From assembly GCF_009914755.1 (NCBI RefSeq), contig NC_060943.1: a stretch of 64,000 nt of DNA. One strand, written 5' to 3'. The first letter of the stretch is position 1, and the number at the start of each line of letters is the position of its first letter. The position numbers and the translations under genes were made by a program. Below, one piece after another: positions 1-38,574 of the stretch. The stretch is from the human T2T-CHM13v2.0 reference genome, Homo sapiens. The notes under the pieces are model-generated. The model saw only the letters and a program-made list of their open reading frames with translations. It ran no database searches and was not told the origin of the DNA.

Positions 1-182
<182 letters not shown>

Positions 183-563
183 TGAGTCATTTTGAGGGAC
201 TGACCAGGGGTACAGCCATAGACACAGGTCCTTGTCACTCACTGACCAGCAAGGTCACTGCCTTTGCAGGAGATGACAGGGAAGAACCAGGAAGCACCTC
301 CTCTCCCAGCCTGGGGCTTCCCACCATCTCCTGATACCTCCACCAGAAAAGCGACCTCATTTCTCAAAGACAAAACAGATTCTAGGTCATATCCCCCTGG
401 AATGAGAGACCAATTGATGTGATTATCTCCAAGAGAAAGAGGGGCACCTACTAAAAGTAGAACCTGGTGTCCCAGAAGGGAAGACATCGGGGAACCTAAA
501 AAGGGGTCTCTGATAATTACCTGCCAAGATTTCACAGCGAAGGGCATCTCCATGTAATGCCAA

Positions 564-595
<32 letters not shown>

Positions 596-774
596 AAGGC
601 TAGAAGTTTTAGAAGGTGCTCCTTCTTCATCCATTCTGCAATTTCACTCGATTTCGCCCAAAAGCAGAATTCTGCTCCCTACATTGCATGAATCAGTATA
701 TAGAACAGGTGGCCCCAGCAAAGTTGCAAAAAGGAATTTCTATAAAGTGTTCTTTATTATAAAAATCAAGAGAG

Positions 775-2440
<1,666 letters not shown>

Positions 2441-3548
2441 CAGATAACTCACCTGTTCTTCAAATACATATCAGGCTAGAGAAGTGTCCAAAATGGGTCA
2501 TCAAAGCCAGGAGCTAGCAGTGAGTTTTTGGAAGTTGATATAGAGAATGGAAACTGGGATTGGGAGATGGAAATGAGAAGTTGGTCTGATTAAGCAATGG
2601 TCTGCACCAATTTCAATGCTTAGATAATAGTATCATATACTAGCAGCGTGTTGGTGTCAGCGTGTTAAACTAATAAAAAGCCAGAATGTAACAGCCTGCA
2701 TAGCCCTAATGCATTTCACCAGAGAGCCATGTGGAAGCCAAAATCCTCACATGCAGATCTGGCATGAGGAAGCTTCCTAAGCGTCTCTCAGGTAGCTTGG
2801 TACAAGTTCTGCCCAACAGAGGTGCTTCATACACCAGGCAGCAAGCCTACCCAAATGAGATCCCCTGGTTGGGAAGGTGGACGTACTTCATGAACAAAGC
2901 AAAGGTAGATGGTTGTGTGCAGGTCATCTCACGTGAGGTGTCTCCCTGGTTCTTTGTGAAACCCTCTCTGGACCTCTTCTGGTTTTGAAATAGCTCATTC
3001 ATGGATTCATTCTATTAATAAAAGTCAAAAGTAAACACTTACATAATGCTTACTAGGTGTCAGCCATGGTGCTAAGCACTTCATTCATATTAACTCATTG
3101 TCTCCATGCCACAATCCTATTACCTGAGTTGACAGATGGGGCAACGCAGGCACAGAGATGTTAAGTGAATTGCTTGAGATCACGTAGACAGCAAGTGGCA
3201 GAATCATAATTTGAATCCTAGTTCATCTGGATCCAGAATACAGACCATAATATTCTCCTGATGCTCATGAAAATTTGTTGAACCAGATACCACTGGTCCC
3301 AGCAGCAAATGACTGTGCTAACCCCATATTCCCAAGCCTCCATTGCCAAAGGTTATCTGGCCCCATTTCTTGCTAGTGGCCCTAAAGAACATAACGGCGG
3401 GTCTCCAGGATGGCTGGCGTGGGAGTCGCTGGTTGCCCATCTTATTCCCCCCACCCCCCATTACTGAATGATCCCTTGATTACAAACCCAGGGTCATTCA
3501 TTCTTTCTTGACTGTCGCACCTCTCATTCACTCAATACGAAAATATTT

Positions 3549-3885
3549 GGACAGGCACGGTGGCTCATGCCTGTAATCCCAGCACCTTTGTAGGCCGAGG
3601 CAGGAGAATTACTTAAGGCCAGGAGACCAAGACCAGCCAGGGAAAGATAGCAAGACCCTGTCTCTACAAAAAAAAAAAAAAGAAAAAGAAAAGAAAAGAA
3701 AATTTAAAAATAAGCTATGCATGGTGGCACATGCCCGTAGTCCTAGATACTTAGGAGGCTGAGAGTGAGAGGATCCCTTGAGTCCAGGAGGTTGAGGCTG
3801 CAGTGAGCCATGATCGTGCTACTGCACTCCAGCCTGGGTGACAGAGTGTGATCCTGTCTGAAAAAATAAAATAAAATAAAAATAA
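3549..3885 (+). mobile_element. Alu (old, J-like)
   Basis: Alu consensus with expanded A-rich linker. Confidence 0.88.
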
Positions 3886-4035
3886 AACATGTATTGATTC
3901 TTCCACTTACGTATTCCTCTAATAAGTACGTATTGAGTGCTTGCCATGAGCCACTATCTGTGCTGGGTGCTCGGTGGTGGAATACAATGGTAAATAGGAG
4001 AGGCGAGATCAATGCCCTCATGGAGCTCACAAGTA

Positions 4036-4470
4036 AAAAACAAATGTCCATCATTGGTCAGATGGATAAACAAAGTTATGGTATATAAATGCAATGGAAT
4101 ATGATTCAGCCATGAAAAGGACGGAAGCACTGATCCGTGCTACAACATGGACAAATCTGGAAAACACGATGCTGAGTGAGAGAAGCCAGATACAAAAGGC
4201 CACATAGTGTGAGATTCCATTGACATGAAATGTCCAGAACAGGCAAATCTACAGAGACAGGGAGCAGATGAGTGGTTACCAGGAGCTGAGGGGACAGGGG
4301 AATGAGAGTGAGCGCTCGTGGGGATGAGGTTTTATTTGGGGATTGGTGAAGTGTTCTAGAATTCGATACAAGTGGTGATTGCACCACACTGTGAAGGTGT
4401 TAATGCCTCTGAATTGTGCACCTTAAAATCATTCATTGTATTTATGAAAATTTCATCTCACAAAAAAAAA
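4036..4470 (+). mobile_element. L1M (L1MB-like) 3' end
   Basis: caaatgtccatc...atggaatat...tacaacatgga...gtgagagaagccaga motifs. Confidence 0.8.
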
Positions 4471-4599
4471 ATCAAGTAAGATGATCATAGCATGCGATTG
4501 ATTCCATCCGTTTCTTTATCCTATGTGTATTAAGGACCCACTATGTGCTATGAACTATACAGACACTGAGGATACAAGACTAGCATGCTTCCTGTTCTA

Positions 4600-5903
<1,304 letters not shown>

Positions 5904-5904
5904 A

Positions 5905-6345
5905 TATATAAACATATATATATATAATATACATATATGCTATCTACACAGATCACATAGATATGCTATCTAGATAGCATATATATATCGGATACAAATG
6001 CCCTATAAATAGCATATCTATCATATATCTAGATAGCATATATATATCACATAGATATGCTATCTAGACAGCATATATATAGCATATCTATACCAAATAC
6101 ATATGCCTTATATATAGCATATCTATCACATAGATATGCTATCTAAATAGCATATATATCACATAGATATGCTATCTAAATAGCATATATATCACATAGA
6201 TATCTATATATCTATAAATATCATATATACGCTCTCTAGATAACATATATATCACATAGATATCCTATCTACATGGCACATATATATAGCATATATGTCA
6301 CATGTATGTGCTCTATATATAGCAGATATATATCACATATATATG
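5905..6345. repeat. AT-rich tandem repeat (~32-34 bp unit atatatatcacatagatatgctatctaRaYagc)
   Basis: Repeated units visible directly. Confidence 0.85.
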
Positions 6346-6835
6346 CCATGGAATACTTAGCCATAAAAAACAGTGAAATCTTGTCTTCTGCAGCAACATG
6401 GAGGGAACTAGAGGCCATTATCTTAAGTGAAATGACCGAGAAATAGAAAGTCAAAAAAACTCATGTTCTCACTTCTAAGTGGAAGCTAAACCATGGGTAC
6501 ACATGGACAAACAGAGTGGAAAACAGACATTGGAGGCTCCCGTAGGTAGGAGGGTGAGAAGGGGGTGAGGGATACAGTACTACCTATTGGCTACAATGTA
6601 CACTATTTGGGTGATGATTGCACTAAAAGCCTAGTCTTCACCACTAGAAAATATATCCATGTAGCAAAACTGCACTTGTATCCCAAATCCATAAAAATAA
6701 ATTTTTTTTAAAGGCTCTTAATTCTTCTAGGGCAGGTGAGAGATGCCCAAAAGTTAAAAAGTAAACCAATAAATGAATAAGATAATTTCAGATAGCGGTG
6801 AGTGCTATGAAGACACGAAAGAAAATGTAAGACTA

Positions 6836-20080
<13,245 letters not shown>

Positions 20081-20186
20081 CCAGCTGATTGGATGCTGGC
20101 TGGGACCTCGGAGAGCAGACACAGCCCCATGGCCCTCCCTCTCCCCTGACGCACCCTCCCTCCAAGCACCCTCTAGGAGAATTATA

Positions 20187-20192
20187 ATTAAA
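20187..20192 (+). terminator. TEKTL1: TEKTL1 polyadenylation signal (ATTAAA)
   Basis: ATTAAA about 130 nt after the stop, where GC-rich UTR turns AT-rich. Confidence 0.65.
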
Positions 20193-20424
20193 AATAACAA
20201 TAATTATCATGTATTAGGCACCTACTGTATGTCAACCACTTACCCTAGGACACGTTATAAGCGCATATCCTGGTAGTTAATAGGATGGATTTGGGTGCCA
20301 GATGGCTGGGATTTAAATTCCAGCTTCCCAGTTTCAAGCTGTGTGGCCTTGGACAAGTCACTGTCCCTCTCTGGCCTTGGTCTCTCCAACCTGTAAAATG
20401 AGGAGCATGACAGCACCCACTTCA

Positions 20425-20818
<394 letters not shown>

Positions 20819-21875
20819 TTATTGGCATCTCCATTTTACAGTTGAGGAAACAGGCACAGAGAGGCTGTGCAGCTTGCCCAGGGTCACACAGGAAGTAGCA
20901 AAACTGGAATTTTCATTCCAGACTCAAGAGCCTGCACTCTAAGTGGAACTTCTAGGAGCTCTGCTCTGTCCTACCCCATGTGGTGTCTGGTCCTGAGCCC
21001 AGCACTGAGAATAAAGCAGTGAGCAGGGCTGATGTGGTCCCCACTCTCAGGGAGGTCACAGGTTGATCCAGTGCAGCTAATGTCATCCATTTGGGTGTGG
21101 CTCTGGTTCAGGTCCTTCTGCTTTTCCAGTAGGCTCTTGGACACCCCGCCATCACAGGACCCCTCACACTGAGCTGTGATTCTTATCTGCTCTTCCCAGG
21201 AAGATCCAGGGTGTTGCACACATACAGAAAGAATGTGCATTACAGCCACAGGTATCTCCTAAGCAACTGCTCTGTGTCAGAGGCTGTGTGAGGCGCCAGG
21301 GATACAGCAAGGATGTGTCCCTCCGTCGTGGAGCTCACAGTGTATATGCTGAGAATGGCCTTCACAAATGTTGGTATCCTTTTGGCAAAGCCAGCCAATT
21401 GTATGGACCTAAGCACCAACGTTTAGCAGAGAAGAAAATGAAGCTCATTTTTCTTCTCATTTTCCCAGGGTTACACAGCCAGAGATGGGTAAAGCAAGAT
21501 TTCAACCTGTCATGCTCCACATCTCAAGCAGGGACCAGGATCTGAATGAGTCCCCAAAACAAGAGAATGGAGATTGGGTCAATTATGGCCACCGGACAGA
21601 AAAACGCATGGGCAAAAAAGAGAGCCATCTGCCCAGGATGACAGAGCTGGGTAGGAGTTCAGCTGGGGATCGGCTCCATTGGTCTGACTCAGAAGCATTG
21701 TGTGTCACAGCCAGCTCCCTTATGTCAAGACAGACTCTACAGCTTGGGGGTTACAGGCCCCCAGTCTCCCTGGGGCTCAGACTCCCACATAAACTATTCT
21801 TCTTCAAGCACTTCTTCCCAGTACCAATCAGGATATCAACAAGAAACAGCACACTCCATTTGCAAGAAGTTTAAG

Positions 21876-22197
<322 letters not shown>

Positions 22198-22208
22198 TTA
22201 AGAGACCA

Positions 22209-23194
<986 letters not shown>

Positions 23195-23757
23195 TGTTTG
23201 CAAAGGTGTGGGCAGCTAGTAGGGAAACCTCAAAGGATAGCTAGCATAATATCCACATGCCAGTGATTGCGGGGAGCCTTTTCCACCTGTGGGTCTGAAG
23301 GGAAAGGGCTGTTAGCAGATGGGAGCATGTAACTCTGTGATGCTGCAGTGTAGACGCCGGGAAATGCCCCTACCCACCTCTCTGTCCATTGGCCAGTGTC
23401 CCCGATGGGCCGAACCACCCTGCTGACTTTTGACCTTCACGCAGGTCCTTCCCGGAGCTGGGAATTATCCCTTTACCCTCACCTTTGCCCATCTTGATGC
23501 CCAGAAATCTTGCATAGGAGGCAAATGCTCCCCTTGCAAGCAATGTCTTGCCCTGGGGTTTGCAGCCTGCCACCCTCACCTTGCTGTCACCGCCCCAGTT
23601 TGTGACCTCAGCTCACACAATGTCCCCAAACAGCATTTGCACAATTCCCCCCATTGCCTCAGAGCTGAGATTTCAGCTGCTGCCCTAGATGTGAGTCCTG
23701 TGCACCCAGCAAGCTTCTCCACGACACCATGAGGTGGGTGTCATTATCCCAACCTTA

Positions 23758-26917
<3,160 letters not shown>

Positions 26918-26960
26918 TCATCAAGTTGCTGGGAGGATCCGTTAAGGCAATGGGGTTTTT

Positions 26961-27429
26961 GCATAGTATTCCATGGTGTATATGTGCCACATTTTCTTAA
27001 TCCAGTCTATCATTGTTGGACATGCGTTGGCTGGGTTGGTTCCAAGTCTTTGCTATTGTGAATACTGCTGCAATAAACATACATGTGCATATGTCTTTAT
27101 AGCAGCATGATTTATAATCCTTTACATGGATGAAGCTGGAAACCATTATTCTCAGCAAACTATCGCAAGGACAAAGAACCAAACACCACATGTTCTCACT
27201 CATAGGTGGGAATTGAACAATGAGAACACATGGACACAGGAAGGGGAACATCACACACCGGGGCCTGTTGTGGGGTGAGGGGAGGGGGGAGGGATAGCAT
27301 TTGGAGATATACCTAATGTTAAATGACGAGTTACTGGGTGCAGCACACCAACATGGCCCATGTATACATATGTAACTAACCTGCACGTTGTGCACATGTA
27401 CCCTAAAACTTAAAATATAATAAAAAAAA
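26961..27429 (+). mobile_element. 5'-truncated L1PA with 5' inversion
   Basis: Antisense L1 ~26961-27123 fused to sense L1PA 3' end with poly(A); TSD aagRcaatgggg(g)ttttt. Confidence 0.88.
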
Positions 27430-27720
27430 GACAATGGGGTTTTTCATTTAGTTCAGGGCCTGGCATGGGGGGAGGTCTCCACACATGGTTTATGCTCCTT
27501 TTGTTTATCAAAATGACATTCACATAAAATGAGCCATCTTAAAGTTAGTGGCATTTGGTAAATTCACAATTGTTGTGCAACCAACGCCTCTATCTAGTTC
27601 CAAGGTATTTACATCCCCCCAAAAAGGAGACCCTGTGCCCATCACCAGTCACTCCTTATTTCACTCTAAGAAAGACCTTACTGCTTCTAACCATGGAGGC
27701 CATGCTTTGCAAAGCAGTGA

Positions 27721-28325
<605 letters not shown>

Positions 28326-28543
28326 CACCAAAATAAGATAACTCAGAATCATCTTCAAAGTCAAAAACTCTTGAACAAAGCCTGGAAGTAGAGACAGCAG
28401 CATATTGGGATTGGTTATTTCAGTGCATTCTTCTTTCCATCTATAGGGACACTCCGAGGTCTCATCATCAAGTATTTCTTCCACCTAAAACTCTAGGATA
28501 TCTGGGGGAATGAGCAGCTCTCTCCATCAAGTCCAAATGTGTT

Positions 28544-28960
28544 GTGATATGGTTTGGCTGTGTCCCCACCCAAATCTCATCTTGATTTGTAGGTCCCACA
28601 CTTCCCATGTGTCATGGGAGGGACATCTTACACGGTGGCAGGTAAGATGATTAATTTGCTATAGCTTCCACATTGTATTCCAAAATAACTGTCCCAGCAC
28701 CCCTCCTCATGCCTGTGGTCAGCAGGGAGAAGGAAGGAGGAAGGAAGAAGGAAAAGACATGTTCCTCCCCTTTAAGGGCATGACCTGGAAGTTGTACATA
28801 CAACTTCTGCTCACTTCCTATTGTCCAGTACTTAGTCACATGGCTACCTGTAGTTGCAAAGGAGCCTGGGAGACATAATCTTTAGCTTGGTGGCCATATG
28901 CCAAACTCATATTTATATAACTCTGCCACTAGATGCAGTATGGATTTGGGGGAAACTTGA
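28544..28960. mobile_element. MaLR LTR fragments (MST/THE1 start plus MLT1-like)
   Basis: tgatatggtttggctgtgtccccacccaaatctcatcttga; cacatggctacct..agttgcaaaggagcctggga. Confidence 0.6.
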
Positions 28961-29801
28961 GGTTTTCGTGACACTCTTCATCCATTAACAAAGAATACTT
29001 GAGGCTGCAGACTTGAGGAAATGCTTGAAAGATGGAATGAAGAGTTGAGTGATCTAGGGATCAGGTTGACCATGAATGAAGTAGGGACAAGACTTTCAGT
29101 CCCAACAAAGTATTTAGTTCATGGAATTCTGCAGAGGATGGTGACTCACTTTCTAGAACCTAGAAATGGGAAAGGGCCCAATCACCTCATTTTACAAATG
29201 AAGCTGCTGAAACCCAGATAGGAGAAGCAATTTCATTTAGGTCTTTCACTGAGTTTGTAGCAGCTCAGGGCTAAAATTGAGGTCCCCGACTCCATTCTCA
29301 GTGCTCTCTTCAAAACTCCATTCATCCTCTAGAGCTGTAGACTGAGAAAGCAAACCATGAGGCTTGTGGCTTTGACATGAAGGAAGCAGGACACTGCTAG
29401 ATCCTTGAGGAGGCATATCTTGGCTAAGGATAGGCTGAGAGGGCATGGAGAAGCCATTGAGACCCGTTGTGGCTATGGAACTATATTCTGGCCAACTAAA
29501 TGAGAGTAGAAGGGATATGTGAAATATTCCAGCAATTCCTTTAAGGGAAAGGAGCATGCTTCTTTCCCCTTCCCCTTTCCTCTTTCTTCCCAACTAGAAC
29601 ATAGGATGTGATGATAGGAGCTGAAGCAACCACTTTGGGTTACATGGTAAAGATGTATGTTCAGGCAAGCAGAGCAACAAAATAGAGAAAGTTTGGCTCC
29701 CTGGTGATTACTGAGCCTCCATTCCAGCTCTGAGCTATCTCTCTGTATTTCTGCATGAAAGAAAAAAAATATAATTCTATTTCTTAAGTCAGTTACATAT
29801 A

Positions 29802-29842
<41 letters not shown>

Positions 29843-29862
29843 GCGTATATATATGCATATAT

Positions 29863-32344
<2,482 letters not shown>

Positions 32345-32674
32345 CTACAGGGATTTTGTTCATGTTTGTTCTATACCTGGGCCACCCTTTCTCACTCCCC
32401 CTTGGTCCTACACCTTTGCCCAGAAAATTCTCACTCAAGCATGTCTCCTCCTCCAGGAAGTCTTAGTAGTGGAGCCGTGGCAGGTTCCTTTATGTTCTCA
32501 AAGAACCGGCTTCTCTCCTTCTGTGTGCTTATCTCAGCTTTCAAATACATATTCATTCACGTGACTGTTTTGCTAATGATTGTCTCCCCCCAGTAAACTT
32601 AAGGTCCATGACAGCATTTTTTCCACTATATCTGCCACACCCTGGGGCATAGTAGGAAGACAATAAATGTTAGC

Positions 32675-33201
32675 AGGAAGGAGGGAAGAAAGGGAGAGAG
32701 AAGGAAGAAAAAAAAGAGGAAGGAGGAAGAGAGGAGAAGGAGGGAGGGAGGGAGGGAGGGAAGGAAGGAAGGAGAGGAGGAGAGAATGAAGGAAGAAAGG
32801 AAGGAGGGAGGGAGGGAAAAGGAAAGAAAAGAAAAGGAAGAGAGGAAGAGAGGAGGGAAGAAAGAAAGCAAGGAAGGAGGGAGGGAGAGAAGGATGGAGG
32901 GAAAGAGGAGAGAAGGAAGGAAAGAAGAAATGAAGGAAGGAGAGGAGAAAGGAAAAAAGGAAGGAAGGAAGAAAGGGAGGGAGGAGGCAGGAGGGAAGAA
33001 AGGAAGGAGGCAGGGAAGGAAAGGAGAGGAAGAAGGAGGGAAGGAGGGAAGGAAGGAAGAGGGAAGAAGGAAAAAAGGGAGAAAGGAGAAAGGGAGGGAG
33101 AGAATGAAGGAAGGAAAGAAGAGGAGAAAGGAAGAGAGAAGGAAAAAAGGAAGGAAAGAAGGGAGGGAGGGAGGGAGAGAGGGAGGGAAGGAGAGGAGGA
33201 G
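32675..33201. repeat. Polypurine (GGAA/GGGA/GAAA) tract, ~525 bp
   Basis: Almost only A and G on the + strand. Confidence 0.95.
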
Positions 33202-35939
33202 ACCTTCTCGAGGTCAGTCTTTGGGGGGTCTGATTTCACATAGACATTTTCCACTTCTGGCCTTTCAGGTTCTAGAAGGCCTCTACATCTCATCAATAGA
33301 TTCCCTTAGATTCACAATGCCCCATCAGTTGATACGTTGTTGACCACAGTGGACTTTCATTTCATCGTTCTGTGGAGAAAGGGCCTGGGGCAGGCAATTC
33401 TGCTGAAACCTCTCTTCCAGCTATCATTTTCTACCCAAGCACCCTTTCACATACTCTCTGGGATTCTCTCACTCGTTCTTTCCTATCTCTTTCCTCACCC
33501 CTTTCTTGAACACAGAAACATGTTTGTGACTGTTCATTGCAAGAGTAACCACCGTTGCCATTTCTGCTTGTTCGTGGAACTAACACACAATAATTATTCC
33601 TCTGTCTTCATCTCCTGCCTCATTAACACCTCAGTGATTACAGGCATCATTAATTGCTATTAGGTCATCTCATCCCACGGTGGTGTGAACCAGGTCCTCC
33701 CTGAAGACTTGGCCCAGCTTATGGATAGTATCGGTTTATGGCCACCTCCTTTCCTCCACCTTCATCATGAAAAAGATCTGCAACACACACACCACGCAGC
33801 TTCCAAAACACCAGCCGGCTGACCAGAGACAACCTCCTTGTGGACACTAAAGAGGCGGTTGTCCTGGGGTGTGACGTGGGCCTTTCCAGGTCACACAACC
33901 AGCTAGTAGGGATTTATTAGGAGTCTACATCTGCTCCCCAGGTCACAGATATTGGACATCTCAACTAGGGCACAGAAAGGGATGTTGGAGAGAAAAGGAT
34001 GAAGTCAAGAAGTATTTAGGGAGTAAAATAGAATGCTTCCTAGATGACAGAAACTCTTCCAAGTGTTTTAGATACATTAACCCCTCATCACACTCCAGTA
34101 AAGTGGATATTACTATCGCTTCTTTACAAATAAGGAAACTCAGCCACCAAAAGGTTACATAATTCAGAATTTGAGTCACTAGGGTCAGGAATCCAACCCA
34201 GAAAGTCTGATTTCAAAGGATACATTTTTACCGTTGTGCTGTTGTGCCTTCCATTCAATTATCTGTTTGCCACAGAATGAAAATTCCTCACTTGCATTTG
34301 CATCTCTTCCACCTGCACCCCTCACACCACACACACGCACGTGCACACACACACAATCTATAGCGACTTGGTAGGGATAGAAGCAATATATAAATGGTCA
34401 AAAGATGCACCACATCAGAGAACGCAGATGTGCAGCCTTGCATGCTAAGGTGAGAGAGGGAGAACTGCCTTTGTTACCAAACCTGCTTCAGTTCCCCCAG
34501 AGCAGCTTTGACAAACTCATTCATTCTGCCAAACTCATGTGAGCTTCTCAGGATGGACCTAGAGAGTAGCCAAACATTTCCTTCATTTCTTTTTCATGGA
34601 TCCCATCCTTGGGCCATAAAGGAAGGGAAATAAGAAGACTTGGGAGTTCCAGAGAGCTGCTGTCAGAGCCCAGCTGCAACGCTTGGGAGCCAAGTTATTT
34701 AACTATTCTTAAACCTCACTTTTCTCCATGCAGTTGCACAGCTGTTGTCGGGATTAGCATTTCTATGCTTAAAATGCTCTAAGTCCTCACTCTTGTAATC
34801 CCAGCTCTCTTTGAGAAGCCGAGGTGGGAGGATTGCTTGAGCCCAGGAGGAGTTCGAGAGCAGCCTGGGCAACACAGCAAGACCCCTTGTCTATGAAAAA
34901 GAAAAAAAAATGCTCTAAGTGAATGAAGAGCATCTCTCAATCCTGTGACTTAGGTAAGCGAAGGTCAGTAAAAGAATACGTATCGCACCTGAAATATAGG
35001 TATTCTGTATTGACTGACAGCTTCCGTGTATACTTTATATAAATTTTGTTTTGAAAAGTGACATGTGTGATATGCATTCCTTGCCTTGATGATAAATCAA
35101 CCCCCCTTCTTCACAGAGCTGAGTTGCAAGAATAGTTGCAAATGCAATCAAGATTTTCATCCCAATACAACAACAACTACTACTGCTGGTATGACTGCTA
35201 CTACTAAACGTATTCGAATTTTTTAATTGTGCGTGCACATGGCAACAGACACCCAGAAGGAACATAAAAAATCAGATGAAGTAAAAAAAATAAAGAATTA
35301 TCTTGGGGATTGCTTGAGAAATTACAGCTGCACAGCTGGGCTCCCCATTGCATTGCAAGCTCAATGGCTTGCAAAACTTTCATACTTTCAGGAAGGGAAG
35401 GAACACCTGGGGTGCTTGGATGTCTTCCCAGATTGTGGAGAACAAAATCCTGCCTGACAAGATGCTGTCTCATCTTGTCGCTGGCCCATGGATTGTTTAC
35501 CCCCCAAGGAAGCCCAGAATGATGAAAAGTTGCCAAAGATCTTTGAGCAACACCACCTCCTTTCAACACTGTGATGAGCTTTCACTTCTTTAACTCCCAA
35601 CAAAAGTAAAGGGGGCCCCAGAGGTCAGGACCTGAGATTCAGAGAGAAGCATGGGCTGGTGACATAGATGCGAATATGGACTCCAGGCAGAGAAACAGCA
35701 CTGTGGCTAAGAAGATGAATTCATGGATGTGCCCAGGGGGCAAGCATGAACAATTTAGATACATGGCCATTCTCTGATGGTGTGTGAAGGCAGAAGATAT
35801 TCACCACGACTGTGAACTCTCAGGAAAATCATGCCTAGGAAGCATGAACATGTTCAGTGAAACATATGCACTTGCTCTTCTGCAAAACAACCCAAGAGAT
35901 TTGGGCTGCTTGGAGACGGGGAGCCCTCACACACATTGA

Positions 35940-37776
<1,837 letters not shown>

Positions 37777-38082
37777 TAGAGCATCTGTAGAGTGAAAGGG
37801 CAGAAGCATCAATTCTGACAACTTCAGGCCTTTGCTCCCAATGCACACTGAACATTTTTCATGTGTCATGCTGGGTGCTGCGTAAACACAACATGCATGG
37901 CTCACACTCTCACTGGCTGACTGTCTTTGGGAGAAAGAAGATATCAAAGGAGATTTATAAGAGTAAAATGACTTCCCAGGAGAAGTGCAGGCAGCCACAG
38001 TAATTTGGAACCACCTGGTCCATGAAGCGTTCAGCAGAAGCTTCCTCCAGAAGCTTCGTTTTACTTGAGATCTGATTAATCT

Positions 38083-38332
38083 TTTTTGTTTTTTTGTTTA
38101 TTTTACTTTAAGTTTTAGGGTACATGTGCACAACGTGCAGGTTTGTTACATATATATATATGTGCCATGTTGGTGTGCTGCACCCATTAACTCATCATTT
38201 AACATTAGGTATATCTCCTAATGCTATCCCTCCCCCCTCCCTCCCCCCCCCCCCACCCCACAACTGGCCCCAGTGTGTGATGTTCCCCTTCCTGTGTCCA
38301 TGTGTTCTCATTGTTCAATTCCCACCTATGAG
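38083..38332 (-). mobile_element. L1PA 3' fragment
   Basis: tttaagttttagggtacatgtgcacaacgtgcagg...caattcccacctatgagt. Confidence 0.92.
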
Positions 38333-38574
38333 TCTTTTAACAACCAAGAGTCCTTGTGTCACTCTCCAGCTCTGAATTCCTCAATGGCTCCCCATTGCCT
38401 ATTTGGATCAGGGACCACCTTATTCACTTTGCCTAGGACTTCCCTGGCTTCTTAGCAGTGAAATCCCCACATGCCAGAAAACTCTGCAGATCTGGGCAAA
38501 CCAGGACGGTTGGTAACCCTACAACCCAACCAAATTCAGACTCCCTTAAAGTGACTTCAAGCCCCTTCATGATC

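Noticed and set aside
32626-33343. 185-208 aa E/K/R/G-rich and S/L/P/F-rich ORFs
   Set aside because: Translation of a polypurine simple repeat
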